Source of the DNA: Dehalococcoidia bacterium | GTDB taxonomy: Bacteria > Chloroflexota > Dehalococcoidia > Bin125 | Direction: 5' to 3' | Assembly: GCA_034428415.1 (NCBI GenBank) | Contig: DAOUHS010000042.1 | Coordinates: 1-54,355, forward strand | Length of the DNA stretch: 54,355 nt | Shown: piece after piece, positions 19,485 to 28,327 of the stretch | Numbering within the stretch: position 1 is the first letter of the stretch | How the letters are laid out: each line of letters opens with the position of its first letter | Translations under genes and position numbers: made by a program | Notes under the pieces: generated by a model | Told to the model about the DNA's origin: nothing | The model's input: the letters and a program-made list of their open reading frames with translations, nothing else | The model's database searches: none

Positions 19485-22400
19485 CAGTCAGCGCCCTCCC
19501 GCAGCAAGGGCGCCGCTTCGCGGCCGGTCGCCCAGCGTGAGATCGCAGTGGTGCCGAGCACGGCGCAAGCGACGATCACGCCGACGCCGATGCCGGCCAG
19601 GACCCAGTCAATCGAGAGCACGGTCGGCGGCGCGGCTGCTACGCCCTGGGCGGTGACGTTGAGGAAGGCCAACAACGCGCCGGCCACGGCGCGTCCGAGT
19701 CCAAAGCCCAGTGCGACGCCGGCGGCGAGGACGAGCCCCACTTCGACCGCGGCTTGGGCGGTGAGACCGGCGCGTCCCGCGCCAACGGTGCGCATCAGGG
19801 CGAACTCACGCGCGCGCTCGCCGCCGGCTGCGGCGAGGGTGAAGATCAGCGCCGCCGAACCGACGATCAACAGCCCGATGAAGCCGACGACGAACAACGC
19901 GGCGGCGCCGCCGGAACGGAACGGATCTTCCTCGGCCGCATCAATCCTCGCCTCGGCATCGAGCACGGCGCTGGACAGGTAGACATCGTCCAACAGGTCG
20001 GCCGCGATGAGACGGCCTGCGTTGTTTTCGGTCTCGGCCCAGACCTCGGTGATCGGCAGGACCGCCTGCACGGCTGAGACCAGGGCGGCCCCGCGCAGGG
20101 CGAGCAGATCGACGATCAGGAAACCGCCCTGCGCGGGATTGAGTGTGGGGAAGTAATCGACGGCCGCCGTAATCCTGACAGGAATGCTGGCGTTGCTGAC
20201 CTCGATCGGGACGATGTCGCCGACATTCAAGTCGGCGGTTTCCATTGAGGTCCGATCCATCGCTGCGTTGACGGGCAGGTTGGGCGATTCGCGCACGATG
20301 ATGCGTTCGTCGCTGGCCGCGAGTTGGGACCAGTGGTAGCGCAGGCGGCCGCCTTCGAACGAGATACGGTCCTCACCCGCGCCTCCGGAGGCGGGCAGCC
20401 AAGGCCCGTCATCGCCGAAGGCGTCGACTGCGACTGACTGGTCGCCGATCAGGGCGTTCAGGTCGTCGATGTACAGGGTCCCGGTTGGCGCTCGCACGAC
20501 GCGCGCCTGAGGCCGGAGGATGATCGCGGCGATCCTGAGGGGTTGTTCGAGTCCGCTGAGCGGCGCGCGAAGGGTGTTCCATTCCCCGTCCACGACGGAC
20601 GCGGTGCTTGTACGAAACGGTCGCATGTGGACCTGTCCGCGGGCATCCAGCACCCGAGCCGCCAGTTCAAGATTGCTGTTGCCGGGATCGCTGCGTACCC
20701 GAACGGTCAAGGCGGCCGCGCCCTCGGGTAGCTCCTGTCCGGCGCGCCCCGGCTCGCGCTCGATGGCGGTGAGCAGTTCGTCGGGAGGAGCGCCGAGCAG
20801 TTTTTCGTCGAGTGAGACCATTTGGGACAGCCGGTTCGTCTGCAGAGCCAGCAGGACGACTCGACTGCCGTCGCGGTCTCCGCCGATTGCTCCGATGCCT
20901 CGATAGGCCGCGGCGGCGGTGATGCCTTGCCGGCTCTGAAGCGGTTCGGTGACCCGCCCAACTGTGGAGTTCGACAGATTGCCGCCGATCGATACGCCGC
21001 GCAGATCGGAACCGACTTGATACTCGATGCGCGAGCGCTCGACGGTGCGGATTGTCGAGGCATAGGTGGCGGAGATCAACCCGACGGCGGTGATGAAGGC
21101 GGTCAACGCGGTCAGCAACATCGGACCGGTCGGGTTGCGAGCGACGTTGAGTACGCCGAGATAGAGCCATGAGGGGATTGGTGATCTTGAGAGCAGGGCG
21201 GCGGTTAGTCCCCAGATTCGAGGCGCCAGCCGCATGATCGTCAGCGCGGCGCCAAGCAGCAACAGTCCGGGGCTGAGCATGAGGACCGGGTTGATACCGC
21301 CCGACTCGAACGCGGCCAGCGCGCCGCCCGACGCTTCGGTCTGGAACTGGAGGAACAGCACGGTGGCGAGGGCAAGCAGGGCCACGTCGAGCCAGGCGCG
21401 CTGGAGCAACGATTGTCGTTGCGGTCGTCCCTGGGATACGCGCTGGCTGGTCCGCTGCCGAGCATCGAACCAGGCCGGCGCGGCGAAGGCGACCCAGGCC
21501 AGAAGCGCGCCGGCAATGGCCAGCGCCCATGCTTCCAAGGTCAGGCGGGTGTCAAACGGTTCGCCGCCCGAGACTCGTGCGACCGCCTCCAGTCGACCGG
21601 CATGACTTAATGCGAAGGCGGCCAGCGGCGCGCCGAGGATTGCTGCGGGAAGGGCGGCGACCCCGCCCAGCATTGCCTGGGCGCCGGCCTGCTGCCATGG
21701 TTTCGCACCGCGCGCGGCCAGGCGCTCGCGGTCGACGCGTGTGCGCTGGGCCATGACGCGGCCAACGAGCGCGACGCCGAACATCGCCACGGCGGCGATC
21801 TGTAGGCCGGCGAGCAGCGACTGTCCGGCCGAGAACTGGGCCTGGCGCAGGAACGACTGCAAGGCGCCGAGCAGCAGCGTGCCCGCGAATCCGCTTTCGA
21901 GACGGTTCGATTGTTGCTGCCACGCGCCGATTGCTTCGGCAACACCTTCGACCTGGTCCGAGTTGATCGCGTCGGTGTTGAGTTCGGTCCGCATCCGGTG
22001 CGTGACGGGAGCGCCGAGACGCTCCAGGGCATCGGGCTCGGCGAAGAGGCCAAAGTAGGGCTCTTCCGCGCCGCCGAGCGTGATGTCGATCTGCAACTCG
22101 AACCAGACATCGGTGTAGTGGAAGGCAAGCACTCGGGTCACATCGGCTACGACCGGCTCGATGATCCCGGTGATTTCGAATCGCATCTCTTCGCTGAAGC
22201 TGATCGTGCTGCCGACGTCAATGCTGAGCTGCTCTGCGAGCCGGGATCCGATCACGACCTGATTCGCGGCAGTCGCCCAATCGCCGCGGACCAGCCGCGC
22301 GTTGGACTGGAGTTGCTCGAATGACATCAGATAAGCAGGCAGCGACTCGTTGAGGCCGTTGTCGAGACGTGTGAATTCGGCAAAGACTTCGGGGGTCTCC

Positions 22401-22726
22401 ATGATGCGGCGGGTGTCGCCGACCAGACCGGGGAACTGTTGGAGATATCGCTCGCGAATTTCGGCAGCCTCTCGGTCGATTCGATTGAAGTCGTCGGCAC
22501 TGGCGGGGCGGAAGGCGCGGGAGTGATCGGCGAAGGTGGCGCCGCGCGGGGACTGTTCGATCAGTTCACGCAGCGCGAGGTCGGCCGATGCAGCGCGAAA
22601 GACGAGCGGCAGGGCAACCAGGGCGGCGGCGATGATCAGCAGGGAAGCTGCGCCGAACATCAATAGCCAGCCGCCGCGCAGTTCGCGCAGGGCGGCGAGG
22701 CGAAGCAGGCGGAAGAGTCCCAACAT
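19484..22726 (-). CDS. Giant FtsX-family ABC-type permease (paralogue, 1080 aa)
   Basis: Same architecture as its neighbour, with FtsX loops at LAARGAKPWQ and LMRTVGAGRAGL. Confidence 0.85.
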   Translation of the reverse strand: MLGLFRLLRLAALRELRGGWLLMFGAASLLIIAAALVALPLVFRAASADLALRELIEQSPRGATFADHSRAFRPASADDFNRIDREAAEIRERYLQQFPGLVGDTRRIMETPEVFAEFTRLDNGLNESLPAYLMSFEQLQSNARLVRGDWATAANQVVIGSRLAEQLSIDVGSTISFSEEMRFEITGIIEPVVADVTRVLAFHYTDVWFELQIDITLGGAEEPYFGLFAEPDALERLGAPVTHRMRTELNTDAINSDQVEGVAEAIGAWQQQSNRLESGFAGTLLLGALQSFLRQAQFSAGQSLLAGLQIAAVAMFGVALVGRVMAQRTRVDRERLAARGAKPWQQAGAQAMLGGVAALPAAILGAPLAAFALSHAGRLEAVARVSGGEPFDTRLTLEAWALAIAGALLAWVAFAAPAWFDARQRTSQRVSQGRPQRQSLLQRAWLDVALLALATVLFLQFQTEASGGALAAFESGGINPVLMLSPGLLLLGAALTIMRLAPRIWGLTAALLSRSPIPSWLYLGVLNVARNPTGPMLLTALTAFITAVGLISATYASTIRTVERSRIEYQVGSDLRGVSIGGNLSNSTVGRVTEPLQSRQGITAAAAYRGIGAIGGDRDGSRVVLLALQTNRLSQMVSLDEKLLGAPPDELLTAIEREPGRAGQELPEGAAALTVRVRSDPGNSNLELAARVLDARGQVHMRPFRTSTASVVDGEWNTLRAPLSGLEQPLRIAAIILRPQARVVRAPTGTLYIDDLNALIGDQSVAVDAFGDDGPWLPASGGAGEDRISFEGGRLRYHWSQLAASDERIIVRESPNLPVNAAMDRTSMETADLNVGDIVPIEVSNASIPVRITAAVDYFPTLNPAQGGFLIVDLLALRGAALVSAVQAVLPITEVWAETENNAGRLIAADLLDDVYLSSAVLDAEARIDAAEEDPFRSGGAAALFVVGFIGLLIVGSAALIFTLAAAGGERAREFALMRTVGAGRAGLTAQAAVEVGLVLAAGVALGFGLGRAVAGALLAFLNVTAQGVAAAPPTVLSIDWVLAGIGVGVIVACAVLGTTAISRWATGREAAPLLREGAD

Positions 22727-22919
22727 GATGCTGCAATGCTACGACCGGCCGAAGTTTTGGAGCTTTGGTCAGCAGTCGCCAGTCATTTCGGTTGCCGCTG
22801 ACGCGATAGGCGCTTAGCCTGCGGCTAACTAGTTCTTCCGCTCAAGTCGCGGGCAGAACGCCGGCACACGCTTACAGAGCCGCATCAAGGTCGGCGGAAC
22901 CACCGTCAGGAGCACGTGT

Positions 22920-23720
22920 ATGACGACACAAGCAGACACATCAGTACATCCACAGTCACAGATTGCGGTGGAAGTCTCCGGACTGAAGGTCAATGCGCTG
23001 CAGGACGGCAGCGGGCCGAACATCGTGGTGCTGCATCACTCCACCGGGCCTGGTTGGATTCCGTTCTTCGACGTGCTGGCTGAGAACCACACGGTGACGG
23101 CGATCGACATGCCCGGCTACGGGCAGTCGGAGCGTCCGGCCTGGGCTCGACACCCGCGCGACATCGCGATCATGCTGCACAGCGCGATTCACAAGATGGG
23201 CATCGACGCTGATGCGAACCTTGTTGGCATGGGTTTTGGCGGCTGGGTGGCCGCGGAACTGGCAACGATGCACCTGCACGGCCTGGACAGTCTGACACTG
23301 ATCGGGGCGGCTGGCGTCCAGCCCGAGGAGGGCGAGATCGCCGATGTGATCTTTTACGAGTTCGAGGAGTACGTGAAGCTCGGATTCTCCTCCGACGAGG
23401 CATACGCCGAGATCTTCGGCGACGAGGCTGCGCCGGAGTTGAAGGAGCTCTGGGACTTCTCGCGGGAGATGACTGCACGTCTCACCTGGAAGCCGTGGAT
23501 GTTCAACCGCCAGCTGCCGTATCTGCTGACTGAGCTCGATACACCGACGTTGCTGCTGTGGGGTGAGGACGACCGCGTTGTCCCACTCGGCGTCGCCGAG
23601 GTCTACGACGCCAGCTTGCCCAACAGCAGGATTCAGGTGCTTGAGGGGCTGGGCCACCTCGTTGAGCTGGAGGATCCGCAAGCCACTGCCGAGGCGGTCG
23701 CTGCGCACATTGGCTCATAG
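22920..23720 (+). CDS. Alpha/beta hydrolase
   Basis: Motifs VVLHHSTGPG, the nucleophile elbow GMGFGGW and a C-terminal GLGHLVELE. Confidence 0.8.
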   Translation: MTTQADTSVHPQSQIAVEVSGLKVNALQDGSGPNIVVLHHSTGPGWIPFFDVLAENHTVTAIDMPGYGQSERPAWARHPRDIAIMLHSAIHKMGIDADANLVGMGFGGWVAAELATMHLHGLDSLTLIGAAGVQPEEGEIADVIFYEFEEYVKLGFSSDEAYAEIFGDEAAPELKELWDFSREMTARLTWKPWMFNRQLPYLLTELDTPTLLLWGEDDRVVPLGVAEVYDASLPNSRIQVLEGLGHLVELEDPQATAEAVAAHIGS

Positions 23721-23734
23721 CGAGATGCACGACT

Positions 23735-23762
23735 GATACGTGACGATTCGTCGTCACGTATC
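23735..23762. promoter_or_regulatory. Perfect 28-nt palindrome / 12-bp stem with TTCG tetraloop (operator or attenuator/terminator)
   Basis: gatacgtgacga-ttcg-tcgtcacgtatc lies 14 nt after the hydrolase stop and 68 nt before the LLM start. It has no clear U-tract. Confidence 0.5.
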
Positions 23763-23829
23763 ATCTTGAGGAACGTACAGCCGGCTCGGGCAACCACAGG
23801 TTGCGCCGGAGGGAACAGGAACCAGAACG

Positions 23830-25125
23830 ATGTTCATTGGCTATTTCACGGAACGTCCCTACCAGGACTTCGAATCGGGCTGGGTCGGCGCGACCGGGCG
23901 TGAAATCGAAGACCTCGGGATGACCAACGGGGACTACGACCCCCGAATCGGCGCCGAGCTCTACAACCGCTACCTCGACGAGAAGGTCTACGCCGAGGAA
24001 ATGGGCTTCGACGGCCTGATGCTCAACGAGCATCACTCCACCCCCTTCTGCATGGGCGGCGTGATGAACGTCGAGGCGGCGATCCTCGCTCGGATCACCA
24101 AGCGCGCCAAGATCGTGCTGCTCGGCAACGTCCTCCCGATTTGGGAAGACCCGCTGTGGCTGGCCGAGGAACTCGCCGAGATCGACATGATCTCCCGCGG
24201 ACGCCTGGTCACCGGCTGGGTCCGTGGCACGGGGCGTGAGTCCGTCGCCCACAACTCGCAGGCCCCCTTCAACTGGGAGCGCTTCCAGGAAGCGCACGAC
24301 TTCGTGGTCAAGGCCTGGTCGACGCCGGGTCCCTTCCGCTGGGAAGGCGAGCACTACCAGTACCGCTACGTCAACCCCTGGGCCCGCCCCTACCAGGAGC
24401 CGCACCCCCAGATCTGGATCCCCGGCGTGATGTCGCGGAACACCGTCAAGTGGTGCGCCGAGCATCGTTACCCCTACGTCATGCTGGCCACCGAGATCGA
24501 GCCGACCAAGAAGTCGTTCGAGTACTACGACGAGGTCGCCGAGGAGAACGGCTACGAGGCTTCGACCGAGCACCACGGCTACCTCTTCAAGGTCCACGTC
24601 GACGAGACCGAAGAACTGGCCGAGGAAGCCGGGCGCAAGTACATCGCCGGTCCGGCCAACCCGTTCCTCGAGGGCAACCAGGGCACGGTTCGCAGCAACC
24701 TGCAGAATCTGCCCGGTCTGACATCACGTACGCAGCTGCTGCCGACGGTCAGTACCTTCGCCGCCGCCGCCCGTGGTCGCGAGGCCGCCCGTGATGCCGC
24801 CCTGGCGGAGAAGGAAGCCGAGCAGGACAAAGTCGACGCCGACGCCTTCGGCACCTACGAGGAGCAGGTCAACAAGTACTCGATCATTACGGGTACCCCG
24901 CAGACCGTGATCCCCAAGATTCGCCATGTCCTCGAAGAGCTGCGCCCCGGCAACATCTTCTTCTGGGACGGCGACGGCGCCATGAATCACGAGGACGCGA
25001 TGCGCTCGCTCCGTCTCTTCGGCGAGGAAGTGATCCCCGCCGTCCGAGAGATGGGCAAGGAACTCGACCTCAAGGGAGCCTTCGAGATCGACACGCAAAG
25101 CGGCGCGCCAATGTCCGGCGACTAA
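23830..25125 (+). CDS. LLM-class (luciferase-like) flavin-dependent oxidoreductase
   Basis: Motifs MFIGYFTERPYQD, GFDGLMLNEHHSTPF and VLLGNVLPIW. GGAGGGAACAGGAACC lies upstream. Confidence 0.85.
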   Translation: MFIGYFTERPYQDFESGWVGATGREIEDLGMTNGDYDPRIGAELYNRYLDEKVYAEEMGFDGLMLNEHHSTPFCMGGVMNVEAAILARITKRAKIVLLGNVLPIWEDPLWLAEELAEIDMISRGRLVTGWVRGTGRESVAHNSQAPFNWERFQEAHDFVVKAWSTPGPFRWEGEHYQYRYVNPWARPYQEPHPQIWIPGVMSRNTVKWCAEHRYPYVMLATEIEPTKKSFEYYDEVAEENGYEASTEHHGYLFKVHVDETEELAEEAGRKYIAGPANPFLEGNQGTVRSNLQNLPGLTSRTQLLPTVSTFAAAARGREAARDAALAEKEAEQDKVDADAFGTYEEQVNKYSIITGTPQTVIPKIRHVLEELRPGNIFFWDGDGAMNHEDAMRSLRLFGEEVIPAVREMGKELDLKGAFEIDTQSGAPMSGD

Positions 25126-25151
25126 CTTCGTCTTCAGGTTCAATCAATCAG

Positions 25152-25187
25152 AGACCCGCGCCTCGGCGCGGGTCTTCTGCGTTTCTG
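25152..25187 (+). terminator. Rho-independent terminator after the LLM gene
   Basis: A 10-bp GC stem agacccgcgc-ctcg-gcgcgggtct is followed by tctgcgtttct. Confidence 0.7.
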
Positions 25188-25243
25188 GGATTAGGGAATG
25201 GCGCCGAACCCGGGCGCCGCTGACCGGTCGGTAAGCTCACTCC

Positions 25244-26872
25244 ATGACCCAGAAGATCATTGTCATTGGCGGAGGTCCCGGAGGCTCCACCGCCGCCACC
25301 CTCCTCGCCCGACAGGGCTTCGACGTCACCTTGTTCGAGCGCGAAGTCTTCCCCCGAGAACACGTCGGCGAATCCCTGCTCCCCGCCTCCATCCCCATCC
25401 TCGAGACCCTCGGCGTCATCGACGAGATCGAAGCCGCCGGCTTCACCCCCAAGTACGGCGCGACGATGGTCTGGGGACGCGACCCCGAGCCCTGGTCGTG
25501 GCACTTCGCCGAGACCAACGCCACCTATCCCCACGCCTACCAGGTCTGGCGACCAACGTTCGACCAGATGCTGCTCGACAACGCCGAGCGCAACGGCGTC
25601 CACGTCCATCAGGGCGCCCGAGTCATCGACGCCAGCATCGAAACCGACGCAGCAACCTCCGTCACCGTTGAATCAACCGACGGAACCCAGGAGACACATC
25701 AGGCCGATTGGATCGTTGACGCCAGCGGACAGAACGGCTTCCTCGCCCGCCGACTCGACCTCCGCACCCACGACGAGTTCTTTCGCAACCTCGCCGTCTA
25801 CAGCTACTACCGAGGCGCTCAGCGCTTGCCCGAACCCGACACCGGAAACATCTTCATCGAGGCCTATGAGCACGGCTGGTCCTGGGCCATTCCCTTGCCC
25901 GACGACGTCATGTCGGTCGGCGTGGTTGTCGACGCCGCCTGGGGCGGCTCGCAGCTTGCCGACGTTCCGATAGAAACGTTCTATCGAGATCAACTCGCGA
26001 TGACAGATCGAACCGCCCCGATGCTCGCCGACGCCGAACCGATCGATGACGCCCGAGTCATCCGCGACTGGTCCTACACCTCCCAACGACTCGTCGGCGA
26101 CGGCTACATCCTCGTCGGCGACGCCGCTTGCTTCATCGACCCTCTCTTTTCCTCCGGCGTCCACCTCGCCCTCTCCTCCGCCGTACTCGCCTCCGCCTAC
26201 GTCACTTCCGCCCTCCGCGATCCCGACATGCGCGAACCCGCCGCCGAGGTCTACACGCAGCTCTATATGCAGCAGTACCACCAGTTCCGCGAGATGGCCG
26301 CGCTGTTCTACGCATCAAACCGGACCTCGGACTCCTACTTCTGGGAAGCGCGACGAATCGTCAACACCTCCGACGACGTCTCGCCGCGCGAAGCGTTCAT
26401 CGCCGCCGTCGCCGGACAGCCTCCGCAAGGCTATGAACGCGTGGTGCTGGAGCGAGGCGAAGCGCCGCCCGACTTCGTCGAAGGCGTCGCCGCCGTCGAA
26501 ATCGAACGGGCACAGCGCGAGGCCGAGATGGTGAGCCTGATCGATTCTGCCTGGCCGGGTCGCAGCGCGATGCTGGACGCGGTGCCTACGCTCGCAGCGG
26601 GCGTGACACTGGCGCGCAAACCGGTGATTGGCGATGGACAGTTCGATTGGGGGGCGGTGATCTCCTCCCCAGCTCGTCCTCACGGCGCGCCGATCTCGAT
26701 GCTAGTCGCGGCGCTGGCCACACGGATTGACGGCCAGCGCCCGGTGAAGGAGTTGCTCGACGACCTGCTCGACGGCGTCGACAGGCAGCAGCGCGCGCAG
26801 CTTCTGCCCGGACTCCTGACCGCACTGCGGGTGCTTTACGTGGACGGGATGATCTCGCACTGGGGCAGCTAA
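25244..26872 (+). CDS. Flavin-dependent halogenase-family protein (tryptophan-halogenase-like fold) with C-terminal PqqD-like extension
   Basis: Motifs IGGGPGGSTAA (GxGxxG), GESLLP, PKYGA (candidate catalytic Lys70), GWSWAIPL (WxWxIP) and FIDPLFSSG. The extra ~100 aa C-terminal region reads ISMLVAALATRIDGQRPVKELLDDLL...LLTALRVLYVDGMIS. Confidence 0.75.
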   Translation: MTQKIIVIGGGPGGSTAATLLARQGFDVTLFEREVFPREHVGESLLPASIPILETLGVIDEIEAAGFTPKYGATMVWGRDPEPWSWHFAETNATYPHAYQVWRPTFDQMLLDNAERNGVHVHQGARVIDASIETDAATSVTVESTDGTQETHQADWIVDASGQNGFLARRLDLRTHDEFFRNLAVYSYYRGAQRLPEPDTGNIFIEAYEHGWSWAIPLPDDVMSVGVVVDAAWGGSQLADVPIETFYRDQLAMTDRTAPMLADAEPIDDARVIRDWSYTSQRLVGDGYILVGDAACFIDPLFSSGVHLALSSAVLASAYVTSALRDPDMREPAAEVYTQLYMQQYHQFREMAALFYASNRTSDSYFWEARRIVNTSDDVSPREAFIAAVAGQPPQGYERVVLERGEAPPDFVEGVAAVEIERAQREAEMVSLIDSAWPGRSAMLDAVPTLAAGVTLARKPVIGDGQFDWGAVISSPARPHGAPISMLVAALATRIDGQRPVKELLDDLLDGVDRQQRAQLLPGLLTALRVLYVDGMISHWGS

Positions 26873-26896
26873 CTCCCTAGACTCTGCGAAAAGGCA

Positions 26897-27469
26897 ATGT
26901 GTCTGTGGGGTGACGCCATGGCCCAGCCGGCGACTCGAGCCAATGGACGGATCGAACAACTCAACGTCTCAGCCGGCGGCGTGCCGAAGCGTGCGGTGCC
27001 CGAAGCGGTCGTGAACGAATACGGGCTCACCCAGGACCGCCAGCGCGATCGTCGGCACCACGGCGGAACGGAGCGCGCGGTGTGCCTGTTCTCGGCTGAG
27101 TTACTCGACAACCTGCGCGCCGAAGGTCACCAGATTGGCCCCGGAACAACCGGCGAAAATGTGACGGTCCGCGGGATCGACTGGAAGAAGCTCGTGCCGG
27201 GCTCGCGCGTGCACCTCGGCGAGCAGGTGATTGTGGAGATCACCTCATACGCCGCGCCCTGCCGGATCATCGGCCACTGCTTTCGCGACGGAGACTTCAA
27301 CCGGATTAACCAGGCCACCCATCCCGGCCGCTCTCGGCTCTACGCCCGGGTCGTCCGACAAGGGACGATGTACCCGGGCGACGACGTCACGATCGAAGCC
27401 GACTCGGCCGCCGATCGCGGCGCTCGACTGCAGCCCAAGACGACCCGTTGGCGGCCTCCGTCGAGCTGA
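26897..27469 (+). CDS. MOSC domain-containing protein
   Basis: Motifs HGGTERAVCLFS, GPGTTGENVTVRGID and ITSYAAPC. The alternative start is at 26918. Confidence 0.8.
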   Translation: MCLWGDAMAQPATRANGRIEQLNVSAGGVPKRAVPEAVVNEYGLTQDRQRDRRHHGGTERAVCLFSAELLDNLRAEGHQIGPGTTGENVTVRGIDWKKLVPGSRVHLGEQVIVEITSYAAPCRIIGHCFRDGDFNRINQATHPGRSRLYARVVRQGTMYPGDDVTIEADSAADRGARLQPKTTRWRPPSS

Positions 27470-27600
27470 CTACCTCGCCACGAATCCGCAGCGCCGTGGT
27501 CATCGATTTCGCCTGCGCAGTGGTACTCTGCGCGCACGCGAATGCGAATGTTCCGTAGAGAGAACGCGATTCGTCAGGTCTTGGGAACGGGAGTAGAACG

Positions 27601-28206
27601 ATGACCACTGAAGCATCCGCCCGCCAGGCCGCCCTGATTGCTCGGCGATACCCCAGTCGCGCGACCCTGCGCGGAGGCCGCGAGATTGACATGCGCCTGA
27701 TGGGCCCGACTGACAAAGCTCGCTTCCTGGCCTTCGCTCGATCGCTGTCGCGCGACGATCTGCTCTATCTACCCTGGGATATCACCGACGAGGGCGTCGT
27801 CAATCGCTGGCTCGAGAACATCGCCGAACATCGCACGACTACCGTCCTCGCCGTGGATGCCGGAGACATCGTCGGAGAAGCATCGCTAGTGCACAACGAG
27901 GCGGGCTGGACCAACCACATCGGGGAGATCCGCGTCACGGTCAACTCCCAGATTCGCGGTCAGGGTCTGGGTCGGTTCCTGGCCGAGGAGATCTTCGCGA
28001 TCGCCGACTCGATCGGCCTGGAGCGCATCTCCGCCCGCATGACCCATGACCAGCACAGCGCCCGGGCCGTGTTCGAATCGCTTGGCTTCCAAACCGTTGC
28101 CACCTTGCCCGGCTGGGTGATGGACCGCAGCGGCCGCCTCCGAGACCTCGTCGTGACGGCCTACGACCTCCGCGCGCGGGGCGCTCCGACCTCCGCGCAG
28201 CGTTAA
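27601..28206 (+). CDS. GNAT-family N-acetyltransferase
   Basis: The acetyl-CoA binding motif is IRGQGLGRFLAEEIFAIAD, followed by ARAVFESLGF. Confidence 0.8.
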   Translation: MTTEASARQAALIARRYPSRATLRGGREIDMRLMGPTDKARFLAFARSLSRDDLLYLPWDITDEGVVNRWLENIAEHRTTTVLAVDAGDIVGEASLVHNEAGWTNHIGEIRVTVNSQIRGQGLGRFLAEEIFAIADSIGLERISARMTHDQHSARAVFESLGFQTVATLPGWVMDRSGRLRDLVVTAYDLRARGAPTSAQR

Positions 28207-28327
28207 GGCGCGGCTCCGCTAGGCCTCGTGGGGGCGTCCCTTGCGGCCGCCCTCGCTAGTGTTCGCGACCCCATGTCGTAGGGGCCCCTATCCTGTCGGA
28301 ACAACCCATGGCATGACAGGATCTCCG

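Noticed and set aside
16146-19982. Series of long plus-strand ORFs (579, 209, 191, 203, 182 and 267 aa) opposite the FtsX permease genes
   Set aside because: Their Gly/Arg/Asp/Glu-rich compositions are typical of antisense frames in high-GC DNA. They have no domains and fully overlap strongly supported genes.
23761-24597. 278-aa minus-strand ORF; likewise 46843..47736 (297 aa) and 46905..48149 (414 aa)
   Set aside because: These are antisense or out of frame relative to the LLM oxidoreductase and enolase-superfamily genes. Their low-complexity Gly/Val/Asp or Arg/Pro translations argue against coding.
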